DNA of 63,197 nucleotides, filler included, from Hyphochytrium catenoides (taxonomy: Eukaryota; Protista; Hyphochytriomycota), in NCBI GenBank assembly GCA_900088475.1. It is 9 parts of 9 records of this genome, joined end to end, with 100 filler letters (N's around TTAATTAATTAA, not from the genome) between each part and the next. Parts side by side here need not be neighbours in the genome. Positions count along the whole stretch, not along the records: positions 12,359 to 43,637 come from FLMG01004660.1; 8 more parts are not named here. One strand, written 5' to 3'. Position 1 is the first letter of the stretch. Every line of letters starts with the position of its first letter. Below, one piece after another: positions 12,359-25,119 of the stretch. The position numbers and the translations under genes are program-made. The notes under the pieces are model-generated. The model was given only the letters and a program-made list of their open reading frames with translations. It did no database searches and was not told where the DNA came from.

Positions 12359-13254
12359 TAGGAGAGAAGAAGGTAGAATGTGAAGAAGAGGTTGAAGACA
12401 GAGAAGACATAGAGATAGGGAGAGGCGATGGTGAAGAGCCACATCCCTACGGAAGTAATTGCGAAGGAGATAACGGCCGCGGCGTAGAAGAAAGAGCGCC
12501 GCGTGTGTCGGTAGAGATACTTCTGACGGTCCGTGGGAGCTGTGGGGAGGACGATGCCGCTTTTGGTGATCACCACTGTCTCTTGTTCTTCTTGGTCCTC
12601 ACATTGGTCCTTCAGGTCTTTTGCCCCTCCTTTCTGTGCTAGCGCAGTCTTTCTCCTCGTTGTTGTCTCTTTCTCTCCTGTTTTTCTATCGGAGGAGAGA
12701 GATAACGATGAGAGAATGGTAGCGCGACTTCTCGAGAAGGACTCAATGAAGCTTCGTTTGAACGACAAGTCATCCTCGTCTTTCTCTATGACAATGCGAT
12801 ATTCTGCCTTCTCGGCTAGGACATGTGTGCTGTCTTCTCTGTCTTGGCCTTCCTCAAAGATGAGGACTTCTTCCCGTCTGTGTCTCTTCTTTCCCTTGCC
12901 GTCATCCTTCTTTCCCTTCTCTTCTTCCGTGCTTGCACTACTCTCATCCGCAGTTTCCCCCTTGCTTGCGCTTGTACTCGATGAATTTATGGAGAGAGAG
13001 GCACAAGTGGAAGAGGAAAAGAATTCTGAAGCACGCTGTAAGGCATTGCCAGCATTCTTTTTCTCTCCGCTTTCTTCGCTCTCACTCCTACTGCCTCTCT
13101 CACCCTCGTCCTCTCCGATCTTGACATCAGAGCTCGAGCTTCCACTTCCCCACCACCAAGCGAACCATCCGCTGCCGTTGCCCGTCTTTGCGTCTACACT
13201 TACGGGCTTTCCTTGTTCGTCCTCATCTCTCGACCATAAGAAAAAGAAGCTCAT
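12359..13254 (-). CDS. CelA-like / cellulose-synthase-like GT2 glycosyltransferase, N-terminal part (truncated by gap)
   Basis: Long charged N-terminus, then LPTAPTDRQKYLY and two TM helices (FFYAAAVISFAITSVGMWLFTIASPYLYVFSVFNLFFTFYLLLS). As I recall them, these match the N-terminal signature of fungal CelA-type and actinobacterial GT2 proteins. The catalytic D,D,D,QxxRW region is not visible. Confidence 0.55.
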
Positions 13255-15214
13255 GACGTTGGTGTGTCTCTCTGTCTCTCTTGACCAGAGCGAGGAGGTC
13301 AAATCAGGAGACTGGTACGAACCGTCACGTGATAGCTTCAAACAGAACTAGAACTAACTAACCTAGCCGTGTAAGCTATATGTTTCCTCCCTGCCAGAGA
13401 GAGAGACACACAGAGAGAGAGGAGAAAGACGAGAGAGAGGAAGAATGAAGAGACTTATTGAGAAGAGAAAGAAGGGCACGGAGCCTCGTTTCACAGGCTT
13501 CTGTCAATTGGAAACTTCTTAAGGGAAGAGAAAGAGGCACGCTGGCAAGAGAGAAGGGACATCTCTAGAAGGAAAAGGGAGAAAGAGAAGGTCAACATTG
13601 TGGGACGACAAGAGGGAGGGAAAGAGAGCAAGTGACATTCTCTTCTTAGCGCAGATGTGATCTTTTGCAAATGGTTTGACAGTCACGGCGAAGATCAGTG
13701 CTTCGGCAGAAGCGGATGAAACAGGCAGGATGTGACAGGGAGAGTAGGTTGTCTTCAAGAAGAGGCAGAGAAGGCCAAGAAGAACAGCAGGGAGAGAGAG
13801 AGAGACAGATAGGAGGGAGAGCAGTGCAGTTTTTGAAGAAAGAGAAGAGAGAGCGTTTAGGTCTTTCTAAGGTGCAGTGCAGGCAGGGATTTGGAGTTTC
13901 TTGTCGTCCTCCGTTGCCTGTGTGCTGCTTTGCTCATGACGATCTTCTGACTGGAGGAGCACCAGGAATCGTCTTTTATCACGTCAAGTCTGCTCTTAGG
14001 GTCCTATTGATACTCTTCCTTCTCTCTCTCTCTCTCTCTCTCTCTCTNNNNNNNNNNNNNNNNNNNNNNNNNNNNNNNNNNNNNNNNNNNNNNNNNNNNN
14101 NNTCTCTTTTTTTTTTCTTTCCTCTTCTTCGCATTCCTTTCTCTTCGCTCTAAGTCGCACTCTCTCTTCTCTCTCCTTCCCTCATCTTGTTTCTGCCCAT
14201 TGTCGTTGGCTTTTGAAGCCCAGAAGATGTGTATATGACATGATGGAAGATTATTCGCATCCAATTGTTGGGAAGCACTTCCGCCATAACCCTGGACAGT
14301 GTTCCATAATATGTCCTCTCTTCCGTTTGCTCGTCCTATCTGTATCTCTCTCTTGTCTGCTTCCCGTTCACCTTCAACCTATCAGAGAACCTGACGCTGT
14401 GTCGGTGCTGGGCCTTCTGTTCCCCCAACTCTTCTCTCCCACTTCTCCTGCTCTTCCCTGTCCAGAGAGTACGCTACGTCTGTCCTGTTTCATCTGTTGA
14501 CCCGCCCACACTGTCCGCTACTTCTGAATGCGCAAGATGCAGGAAACGAATAAACCGACAACCTAAACAAGGCCGTAGATTCTTCTCTATCCTAGGACAA
14601 CAGACATCATGGTCTTTCCCTCTATTTGTCCTCTTCTTCTTCCTTTCTCTCTCTCTCTCTCTCTCTCCCGTCTTTCCTTTTCTTCTCTGGCGTCTCTCTC
14701 TCTCTATACAGGTCTCCAGGTCTACTATCAAACAAGCAACAGAAGAAGACAACAGACGCCAAAAAGCAGAAAGCAGCGCAGCTGGGATAAACAGAGAAGA
14801 AAAGAGTGAATGAGCACGTCAGGGCAGAGCACACCGCAACGCGGTCAGATAAGAAATAGACCATTGAGAGAAAGAGGACGAAAGAGAGGATGAAGATAAT
14901 GTAGACGAAGAGAGAGGGAAGGTTGAAGCTAGTGCCTCGATGTGCTTAAGACTCTTAGGCCTTTCCTATCTAAGATCTCTAGTTAGTCCCACAGTAAAGC
15001 CCGTCATTAGGCGGCCGCAATGAGAGGAAGCAGTGACGGAGTACGAGCATCAGAGCAGTAGAATTCAGGGGGAAGAAAGAGGAAATGAAGCAAGAGAGAG
15101 AAAGAGTTCCGAGAAGACTGCTGAAGATGCGAAGAAACGAGAGATAGATAGATAGAACTACTAGTCGTTATGAGGAGGAGACAAGAAGAGAGAGAGAGAG
15201 AGAGAGTGAGAGAC

Positions 15215-15245
<31 letters not shown>

Positions 15246-17532
15246 CAGAGAGAGAGAGAGAGGGAGAGAAAGAGAGAGAGAGAGAGACAGAGTAGCTACA
15301 TGGGACGCACAGGACGCAAGAGAGAGAGAGAGAGAGAAGCGCAAGAGGAAACGGGAGGGAGGGGGGAGAAGAGAAAGAGACACGGAAAGAAGAACGAGGG
15401 AATAAGACATAATATTGCATGATGGGAGAAGAGAGAATTGGAGAGAATCGAAGAGAGACAGAGAGAGAGAATTGCAGACAGACGATAGGACTAGGGAGAG
15501 GGACCTAGGCCGCAGGAGAGAGGAGAGCGAACGAGAGACAAGGAAACAAATTTTGTAATAATAAACCACCCTATTGGGTCAAGTTAAACAAGTACAGTTG
15601 TAGAGTATTTACAGTACTTATCTCAGTGCCACTACTCGTAATAATAAACATAAAGCATAATAAAGATAAAGCATAAAGCCAGGTAGAACTGCCATTACCA
15701 GGCCCTTATTATAGCTGGGACAACAGGTATACAAGTACCGTTTCAGCAAGTACTACTTGTAACAAGGACATGTACGATAAAGTACGGTACAGCTGTTGTA
15801 CTACTTGTACCCACCGTTCATGGGTAGTAACGATGGCCGTTTGCGGGTGCCTGTAAAACTGCATCTTGGGATTGTCTTGTTCGACCTGTAATTCCCATCG
15901 TCGAAAGGCCATTGAAAGGTCACATTATTTGCTGTGTTATATCAGATATCATCAATCATCCTTGAAAGGCAGCTCATTTTCGGTAGGTGAACTTGTATTC
16001 TAGGTCATAATATCATGAATCTCAAAAGTTTTATTCAGTATTGTCGACATATCGCTGCTATTTTCGTGATTGGACTCTTTTCAGTCTCTTTAATTCTTTG
16101 CGTTCGTCCCAGGCACAGCACTCAGCACTCATCTTCTCAATCTCATCACAGCGCCTGCTCTTCTTTCTGCTTGTCTGGTCCTGCTGCTGGAGACATCAGA
16201 AGCTTCGTGGGCTCTCATCCAGTCTCCTCTTTCTCTACGCCTCTCTCCATCGCTCACCTTGTCGCTTGCTCTCACGTCGGTATACCTGGAAACAACAGCG
16301 GCGCTTCCTTTCCTAAGACAGCAAAGACATCTGCTTCCTTCTTCTTCATTGCGCACGCTTCTTCTCAGTCATATGTTCTCTCTATAAGCAGATACCTTCT
16401 GATTCCTGTCTTGATCTAAAGTTACATCGACCTGATGCTTTGGGTCAAGGTTCGGGTCTTTCTTCTTCCACTGTCGGGTATTGACACTCATTCCTTCATT
16501 GTCGGAAGTGAAGCGGTATGCCACTCTCGTTTAAGAACCTTCTTTGTTTACTTGTTTCTTCTGTTGCTGTCTGTAGGTCTTCGGCTGCCCTTAGGTGGCG
16601 GCCTCCCCTCTCTTTCTCTTTCGCTCTGTCACTGTCCTCTAGTGCTCTCTCCGCGTCTTTGCCTTTCCTCTACCTGTACGGTGCATGCCTGCATCCTACT
16701 CTGTCCAAGTTGAAAGGCATCCTTCGCTTCACTCCTTGTCGCTCCAAATTCCCTTCTTGGCGGCCATTGACGCCTCTGTTTCTTATGCGTGGACCCGGTG
16801 TTCGCTCCACTAGTGCCACTCTAACTTATCTTGTTCTGAACCCTTGCTCTCCAACGCTTTGAACCCTCGCTCTCCCACTGGTATCTCACCATTCTCTCTT
16901 CTCTCCCATGTCTTCATACGCTCCTGTGATGCATCTTGTCTTCTGTCCTTCCCTTTCCCTTATCTACCTTTTCATGGAAGGGCGGACTTACCCCTCCTGT
17001 GGGCTCGATACCAATCGAACCTTCCTCTTCCACACTTGCCTATGCGCGGCATCAGGTGGAGTATCAGGGAGAGCAAGGGATGCAGAAGAGAACTGCCATG
17101 TTCCAGGAGTTCCTCTCGTTATGCTCTACTTCCCAGAACCCCTTCAGGTAAAGGGATTGAAGAGACAGGAGGGCATGACTTCTCTATTTTGGCTGTGATC
17201 TCTCTTGTTCGGTTCACTCTTACTCTTGCTTATATCTGCTACGGCTGGGAGTACCCTGCCACAATATAGCGCATCATCTTCGTGAAGAAGAGAGCCTCTT
17301 CTTTGTGCATTCTTTTCCTTTAGGCATTGCTCGCCAAGAATATGTGCTCTATCTCTACCTTTTTCTGACTGCTCATCGGGTCCGAACGGCATTTAGGTAA
17401 TGTTACTAACCACTTCTGCTTGCCTTGGCTTCTTTTCAGATATGACTATAACCAGCAGAGGAGGTTCTACTTTGCTTATTTCCGGGACAAGCAAGCGGAA
17501 ATTCCTGAGATCATACACGTAAGATAGCCAAC

Positions 17533-17844
17533 CTAATAGCAGCACTCTTTTCCCATTTTGATGTATCCTTTCTTCAGTCCATAGTTCTATCTGCATGCAC
17601 TCTCACACTCCATGCTCTTGACCCCGCCTCCACAAAGGTTGACGACGAAGAATCGACGCTGTTCTCTCAGTTCTATGACTACCGCCTCTCGGGACCGAAG
17701 GAGGATGTGGTCATCGTGCCGCAGTCGCAGGTCGGTCCAGGCTGCAGACAGTGCTGCCGTGGCTGTAGACAATGTGAGGAGGAGATGAAGAGAAGAGACA
17801 AGAAGAATCAATAAGACAAAGGACTCTCGCATACATAATGCCAT
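17533..17844 (-). pseudogene. Defensin-like small Cys-rich secreted peptide with an internal stop
   Basis: Signal peptide (MRESFVLLILLVSSLHLLLTLSTATA), a propeptide ending QRR, then FFVVNLCGGGVKSMECESACR*NYGLKKGYIKMGKECCY*. It has CxxxC, GY and terminal Cys, with an in-frame TAG at 17587. Confidence 0.45.
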
Positions 17845-18122
17845 CACGATATCCTGCCCATGTCCCCATGGGGGAGAGCTTCTTGGATCTCTTCTGACTG
17901 ATCGTGATGTGGGTGCTTCTCTGCTTGAGCTGCTTTGTTAGGAGAGGGAATAACAGAGCGCCAAGATCTCCCCCAGGAGCGCTGCAAACCCTTCCCTTCT
18001 TGTACTGAATAGTCACTGTATTAGCGACTGGCATTGTTCGTAGTTGTAGTTGATACAGTTCTTGACCATTAGTCTGGCCGTTAGCGGTAACATCCGGAAT
18101 GGAAGCTTCATCATCGGTTGTT

Positions 18123-18298
18123 GACGGAGACCTGACAGAGACCTGACGGAGACCTGACGGAGACCTGACGGAGACCTGATGGAGACTTGATGGAGACCTG
18201 ACGGAGACCTGAGGGAGACCTGATGGAGGCTTGATGGAGACCTGACGGAGACCTGAGGGAGACCTGATGGAGACTTGATGGAGACCTGACGAAGACGG
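18123..18298. repeat. 11-bp minisatellite GA(C/T/G)GGAGACCT x16
   Basis: 16 consecutive units; the distal units show a 44-bp higher-order pattern. Confidence 0.95.
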
Positions 18299-18405
18299 CG
18301 CAGCGGTGGCCGAGCACCTGCGGCATTGGGAAGAGACAGAGGTCGGACTCTTCCACGAAGAGAGAGAGAGGGAGATAGAGAAAACAAAAGGGCATAGACG
18401 AGGGG

Positions 18406-19497
18406 ATGATGGGAGAAGAAGATAGCTTGGAGGCGGTAAGCCTTAGCGATGCGAGAGAGCTCTCGAAGGCAATTGTCGCTTACGCAGGAGCGGAGAGTGA
18501 AGGTCTTGGAAGCGTCTGCTCGTTTCTCTCCTCCTTTCACTCTCTCTTTCTTCCCTTCTCTCTCTCAGTATATCTTCTGCCTCCCTCTGTCTCTGTGCCT
18601 CCTTTTTGTTCTCTCTTGCTCTGTCTTTCTATCTGTCGATGCTTAACCCCAAGCTTCTTACTCTCGTTTCCCTCCTTTTCACTTCTTGAACAGCTCCTCA
18701 GCCTACGTCCCTCTCTTCCTCTTTATTTTGTCCCTCCTTCTAGCTCTATCTGTCTGGCAACTATTCTGCCTTCATCTCTCTCTCTCTCCCTGTCTGCCTG
18801 TCTACCCTTTCGTCACTCACTTGCTCCCTTCCTCTTGTGTTCCTCACCCCTATGGACTCACTCCCCTGTCTCTTCTTTCCTCGCACTACCAGCGAGTAAG
18901 GAAGCCCTCGTCTTCCTCGCGAGGGTTCTTGAAGCCGGCGAGCTCAAGCTGCAGAGCAGCAGGACCGTAGCCGCGCAGATAACCAAATATACTGAAGAAA
19001 CCGTGCAGCGATGTCAGTCTATCTACTCTCCCTCTTCCCCCTTCTCCGTCTCTCCCTGTTAGCTCCGTGATGCTTCTCTTTTCTGCCCATCGACCATCTC
19101 TCGGTCTCTCTCTAATACGCTCTCTCTTCTGTCTGTCTTCCAACGCCCGACCAGATGCTCGCCTTCTCTTCTAGGTTGGTGGCAACCACCCGGTCTCTTT
19201 CTCTCTCTCTGTCACAAACCTTCGTGTCCAAATATTCGAGTCTTCCTGACACACTAAATGCATTGTCTCATCCCTCTTTACTCTTCAACCATCATGCTCT
19301 CCCTCTCTTTCTCCCTTCCTTGTCCATCTCTCTCTGTCTCTCTTTGCAGATCGCGAACGCGCACCAATCCTGGAAGACATCTCTACTGTCGACAAAGAGA
19401 TAACCGAGCTCGAGCAGCTTGTCCGCCAGCTCGATGAGTACACAGCCCGACTAGGTAGGAACGGGGACCCAAGAGAGAGAGAGAGACACAGACAAAA

Positions 19498-19554
<57 letters not shown>

Positions 19555-19695
19555 ACAAAAGAGAGAGAGACTGGTAAGAAGGACAGAGAGAAATAAGGCA
19601 CTATAGACTTGCTAAGGGTAAAACGGAGAAGACATCGGACCTAACAAGAACTCTCTCTTTGCCTTACAGAACAAGCTTGTAGGACGTACAGCTAG
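18406..19695 (+). CDS. BLOC1S2: BLOC-1 complex subunit 2 (4 exons: 18406-18502, 18893-19012, 19350-19454, 19670-19695)
   Basis: GT-AG phase-consistent splicing gives a small coiled-coil protein ending ILEDISTVDKEITELEQLVRQLDEYTARLEQACRTYS, matching the BLOC1S2 C-terminal pattern. Confidence 0.75.
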
Positions 19696-20347
19696 ATCTT
19701 TCTCTCTCTCTCTCTCTCTTCCAGTCAATCCTCTTGTTTACTGATCCAACGGAAAGCCGAGATGCAGTGACTGCTTAAAGAAAAAGGTATCGCCCCCTTC
19801 CCCGGCTCCGGAGCAGAGGGTCGGCTCTGCCCGGTGGGAATCGTTTACCTGGGGCCGTCACTTGTGTCCTTGAATCTCTTTCTTTCGCGCTGTCTCTCTC
19901 TTCTCTCTCTTTCCTCTGCCTCCGGCTTAAAATCAGAGTCAGAAAGGCCATCATGTGGATCTTGCCTTGCATATGACAAGAAATGAGAACCGAAGAGAGG
20001 AGAGAAACGCGGACGCCCGCAGAGGGACGAGATGGGAGAGAAAAAGATAGAAGAACAAGAGAAGAGTGGCTTTCCTCTCCCTCCCTCGCTCTCTTTTGGT
20101 ATCATCCAACGGCTCCACTGGCGAAAGCTTGTGGCGTCCTTTCCCGTCTCTTTTCTAAGCTTATGGCTCCTTCCCTCTCTTCATACCGAATAAAGGAATG
20201 GATCTCGCCTTCTGTTCCAACTTCTTCTCTCTCCCATTCTCTCTCTTTTTCCTTTTCTCCTCTCTTTCCCTTTCTCAGACACACACACGCGCGTGCGTCT
20301 GTCAATCATATCTCTCTGCTGTCTCTCTCTCTCTCTCAAACGTATCG

Positions 20348-21691
20348 CTACGCTAGCTCTTCCTCGTTGACGTCCCGCCTTTTCTGCACGAAGACTCTCA
20401 CAGGGCCCGCGGAGGTGAGCATCTCTGTCTGATCTATCAGCGTCCAGCCTGGAGAGGAGAGAGGCCAAGAGAGAGAGAGAAAGAGAGTTCCCTCTCTCGT
20501 CATTTCTGCTCTTTGAGAGAGAGAAAGTCTGAGGTCTGCCGTGAAGGCGGAGAGATTGCAATAGATAACGTCAGCATCCGACCAATCTGCTTGGAAGAGA
20601 TCAGAGAGAAAGAAAGAGACTTGGACACGTTGCTTTTCTGGGGACAGCTCCCACTTAATGTCCTGACATAGCAAAGAAAGGGAGAGAGAGAGGACAAGAG
20701 TGTGTGTGTGTGTGAGAGAGAGAGAGACTTGGCGCTAAGAGTAAAGGATAATACGTGCAGAGAGAGTGGTGGAAGGACGACCTTGGCCAACGCAGGAGAG
20801 AGGGACACCGATTCTGCTTTAGAGAAAAGAAAAAGAGAGAGAGAAAGGAAAGAGAAGAGACACGACGTTGAGACCAAAGGACAACTGTATAGCTATCAAG
20901 TTGCTCTGAGCAGATTAAGAACAAGGCCGGGGAAGGAGAGAGAGGCAGAGACGAGGAGAGAGAGAGAGAGGACCTGATCCCAGAGCGCCTTGACCTCTTC
21001 CGCATTCTGATGAAGTGAGGGCAGTACTTCAATTCCGATGCAAGAGTCAAAGGAGAGAACAAGTGCTGCTGCGAAGACAGCGGCGCCTTGTCCACTCCCT
21101 AAATCATAGAATTTGCCGCCGGAGAGAGAGAGAGAACGATGCTTGACCTGCGCAACAGGGAAGTAGAAGAGGAGAACGAGAGAAGAGAAAGTGTGAGAGA
21201 AGAGAAGAGACAATGTGAGAGAGAAGAGAAAGATGAAAGAAGTAGTTGCTCATCAGAAGGACTTGACAAGGGAGAGTCTAGGGAACGGTGAAAGAGAGAG
21301 AGAGATGGAGGACGAGAAAGGAGAGTTCGACCATAAAGAAGAAAGAGGAGAAAAAAAGGAGAAAGGAGCGGTCAAGGAGGAAGAAACAGAGAGAGAAAGA
21401 GACAGAGAGAGACACACAGAGAGAAAGAAAGAAAGAGAGAGACATACAGACAGACAGACAGAGAGAGAGAGAGAGAGAGAGGAAGAGTCTGACGCACGAT
21501 ACTTTTATCCTCTCCAACACCGTCTTAAATGGCTCGAATAAGGTTTCGGAGTAAGAGAGAGTGAGAGAGTGATATTTCCTTTCTCTCCGGTCGGCAAGGG
21601 AAGCTGCTCTCCCTCTCTCTTCCGGATGATCGAGGAAAAGAGCGCGATGAACGTCTCCATAATCTCTATTAGCCTCTCTCTCTGGCGTCAT
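20348..21691 (-). CDS. DOT1-like class I SAM-dependent methyltransferase (3 exons: 21691-21503, 21147-20974, 20662-20348)
   Basis: Motifs LSYSE, KFYDLGSGQGAAVFAAAL, CIGIEVL and DWSDADVIYCN, with GT-AG introns in phase 0. Confidence 0.8.
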
Positions 21692-22197
21692 ACTAGTGTT
21701 CTCTCTCTTTCTCTCTCTTTCTCTGCCTCTCTGGTCTTCGCTATTTTTTCTTTGTCAGTTGCTTCCTAGCCTTGGAAGACGCTCTTGACCGCCACAGATG
21801 TGTGGCTGCACGGTCCCGAGAATTACTTTCTTCGCGGTATCTCCTTTCTTTCCCTCTCTCCGCGTCTCTCTCTCCCTCTCTCGCTGACTCCCGCTCCCGC
21901 TCCCTTTCTCTCTCGTTGACTCCCGCTAGTTCCTCTTCGCTCCCCTTGCTTCCGTGTCTCTCTCTGCGCTCGGTTATTATCTCTAATCTTCTCTCTCTTC
22001 CACTTTCATCTCTTGCGCTGTCTCTCCTCCCTGGTAGCGCTTCAGCTCCTCAATTCTTCCTCACGATCTCCACCTTCCTTCTCATTTTTCCTCTTTCTAT
22101 CTCCCTCGTCATTTTCCCATTGTCCTTCCTCCACTTCTATGATTCTTCTCTCTTTCTCTCTCTCCATCTTTCTCTCTCTCCATCTTTCTCTCTCTCT

Positions 22198-22259
<62 letters not shown>

Positions 22260-22758
22260 CCAAGGCAGCTGTCCCACATCTTCGAAATGCTGTTCCTACA
22301 GAATCAATCAATGCAAATGCAGAATATCATATAAGAAAGGTATTGGTTTTATTATTTCTTCCAATTGGCTGACCTGTGATCTTGTTAGACTGTGGTTTAT
22401 TGCATTATTTCTTTCAGTTTAGGAAGATTCAGATTGTGAAGGGTTGTGACGTTTTCGGATCGTCCTGCAATCTCGTTCCTCATAGGCAGCCAATAACCAG
22501 CCACAAGGTCTTTGTGCTCTCTCTCTCTCTCTCTTCTTTCTCTCTCTCTTTTCTTTCTATCTCTCTCTTCTTTCTATCTCTCTCTTCTTTCTATCTCTCT
22601 CTCTTCTTTCTATCTCGCTCGCTGCCTCTCTCTCGCTGTCTCTCTCTATTCTCTCTCTCGCTGTCTCTCTCTCTCTCGCGCGCGCACTCTCTCTCTGTCT
22701 CTGTCTCTAGGCTAACAAACTTTGCTACGCACTCTCTCACTCTCACACTCTCTCTATC

Positions 22759-22789
<31 letters not shown>

Positions 22790-23270
22790 GCTCTCGCTCT
22801 CTCTCTTTTTGTGCACTGTTTACTCTCTTCGCTTTGGACCTCTCTGAACCTCTCTGCCTGGTTCCTTCCTTTCCCTCCTTTTCCCTCTTTACTTGGCTAC
22901 TTCGCTTGCCCTCTCCTTCTCCTCTCCCTGCTCACGGAATCTCTTTTTTCCTTCTTTTCTTTGCTTGGCGCCTCTGTCCTTTCCTTATCGTCACGGCACC
23001 AAGTGCAATACCGCCTTCTCTTTCTCTCCACTTCCTTTTCACGCTCGTTCTGTTTCCCGTGCTTCCCTCTCTCCTCTTCTCTCTCTCTCTCTCTCTTTCT
23101 TCCTCTCTCTCTCCCTCTCTCCCTCTCTCTCTCTCCGTCCTCCTCTTTTGATGAGGGTTGTCACACCGAGAAAGGCAGAGTTACCGCGCCAACCGGCCGC
23201 AGAGCTTCATTTCTCTTCCTCGTCCCATCGGCCGAAGACCACAGGCTGGTCGTCTCTCTCTCCCATTTTT

Positions 23271-23525
23271 ATGAGCAAAATGTTGTCTGTTGCCTGTCTT
23301 TCCCGGCGCTTGGCCGCCTCTCTCTTTGTTTCTCTCTCTCTCTGTTCCTCCTCTCTCCCTGTCTCCTGGGCATGGAATATGAAGCCTGTTACTTCTCTCC
23401 AGGGAAGAGTCATCGGCCAGCCGCCAACCTTCACTGCTGGCCAAGGCTGGTCCATGGCCTATCCTTTCTCTTCGGTCAATACCGCTTCCCTAGAAGGTAA
23501 GAGAGACCGAGAGAGAAAGAGTGAG

Positions 23526-23567
<42 letters not shown>

Positions 23568-23717
23568 CAGCCTGATACGACGTGTTAACGAGGGACAACA
23601 CCAACAGACGCAGAGAGAGAGAGAGAGTTGCCTACATTTCCTTCTAACTCCTATTCTCTAATCTCTCTATATGTACTCTCTCTCTACTCTCTCTATTCTC
23701 TAATCTCTCTATATGTA

Positions 23718-23752
<35 letters not shown>

Positions 23753-24547
23753 TCTCTCTTTTCAGGCGTCCTGAAGTTCGTGCACACTGAGTGCATCAAC
23801 TGGAGTGAGGTCCGGGACCAGTGTCAGAGAAAGAACGGGGCAAACTATGTCGTTTTCTTCTCTCTCACGTTCGCCAACCCGAACGGGAGTCTCGCCTACT
23901 ATGAGGATCCGAACGTGATGAACGGAGAATATGGAGCTTATGTCACTTTTGATGGAGGGCAGGTGAGACGAGAGAGAGGAGAGAGAGATTGAAAGAGGGA
24001 GAGAAAGAGAGAGAAAGAGAAAGCGTGAGGAAGGATTATTGAAGCAGAAAAAGAGATTCGCGTTTTCTCAAGAGGCTGGAGCCGAACGGGGGAAAGTGGC
24101 GAGTCAGCCGCCTGATGTTTTTTCTCTTTCTCGTCTCTTTTAACTTCTCTCTCTCTCTCTCTCTTCCTTCTTTCTTCACTCTCTGTTCTTTGTCTTTTTC
24201 TCTCTATAGTGCCATGGTCAGGAGGAATGCTACGAGTTCTATGGCCGCTCGGATGCCACACTGCAGGCGCCCGCTCTGGGTCCGTATGTAGGCGCCAAGG
24301 CGGACGACACCGATGTGAGAGCGCCATATCCAGGAGGATGGTGGTTCTCTCTCCCAGGAGAGTGCCCTACAGAGGTACAAAAGAAGGGCTATTTAAAGTT
24401 GCCGCGAGAGATAGAAGAGAGAGAGAGAGAGAGAGAGAGACCAAGAGAGAGACAGAGACAGACATGAAGGCCATAGACTGCATCCTGATGAAGCTTTCTT
24501 CTTCTTCTGAACTTTCTTCTCTACCCGTATTAATGCGCTACTCTCTG

Positions 24548-24589
<42 letters not shown>

Positions 24590-25086
24590 AGCCCTGGAAG
24601 ACAAAGACAAAGGAGTGCGTTGCTGCACAACCGAGCGGCCGCTGCCCTGAGGGAANNNNNNNNNNNNNNNNNNNNNNNNNNNNNNNNNNNNNNNNNNNNN
24701 NNNNNNNNNNNNNNNNNNNNNNNNNNNNNNNNNNNNNNNNNNNNNNNNNNNNCCCCTTCTGTCCCCTTTCTTTGAGATGAAAGTACACTTCCACCGGTGT
24801 CTCCCTGGCCACCTGACTGTCCTTCCCATCGGAACTTCTCTTCTCCCTTTCACGACGAGATGTTTCTAACAATTCTCCTCGATGCCTCTCTCTCCCCCTC
24901 TGCCTCTTTTCTGCTAGATATCAGAACTACACCGAGTGGTGCCGCGCTGACTTCGGGAACAACATTGAGTTCGATAGAGACCCCGCCACCAACGAGGTAG
25001 GAGACAGAACAGGGAGAAGAGACGAAAGAGAGAGAGAATCTTTCTCTTGAAATGCAAAGGTTCCTCCTCGCACTAAAGCAGCGGGG

Positions 25087-25119
<33 letters not shown>

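Noticed and set aside
17587-17589. Reassigned TAG codon (alternative genetic code)
   Set aside because: Intact genes (amylase, ACL4, RPS21) contain no in-frame TAG. BLOC1S2, the DOT1-like gene and the RGS gene end plausibly at TAG. Internal stops occur only in decayed regions.
19740-19860. Possible snRNA or SRP-like structured RNA (GCAGAG/CTCTGC stem)
   Set aside because: Only a short hairpin, with no convincing Sm site or conserved U1/U2/SRP motifs.
22376-23270. Long SL/ER-rich ORFs in the track (also 28089-28817, 57390-58121 and many others)
   Set aside because: They are translations of (CT)n/(GA)n microsatellites, which lack stop codons.
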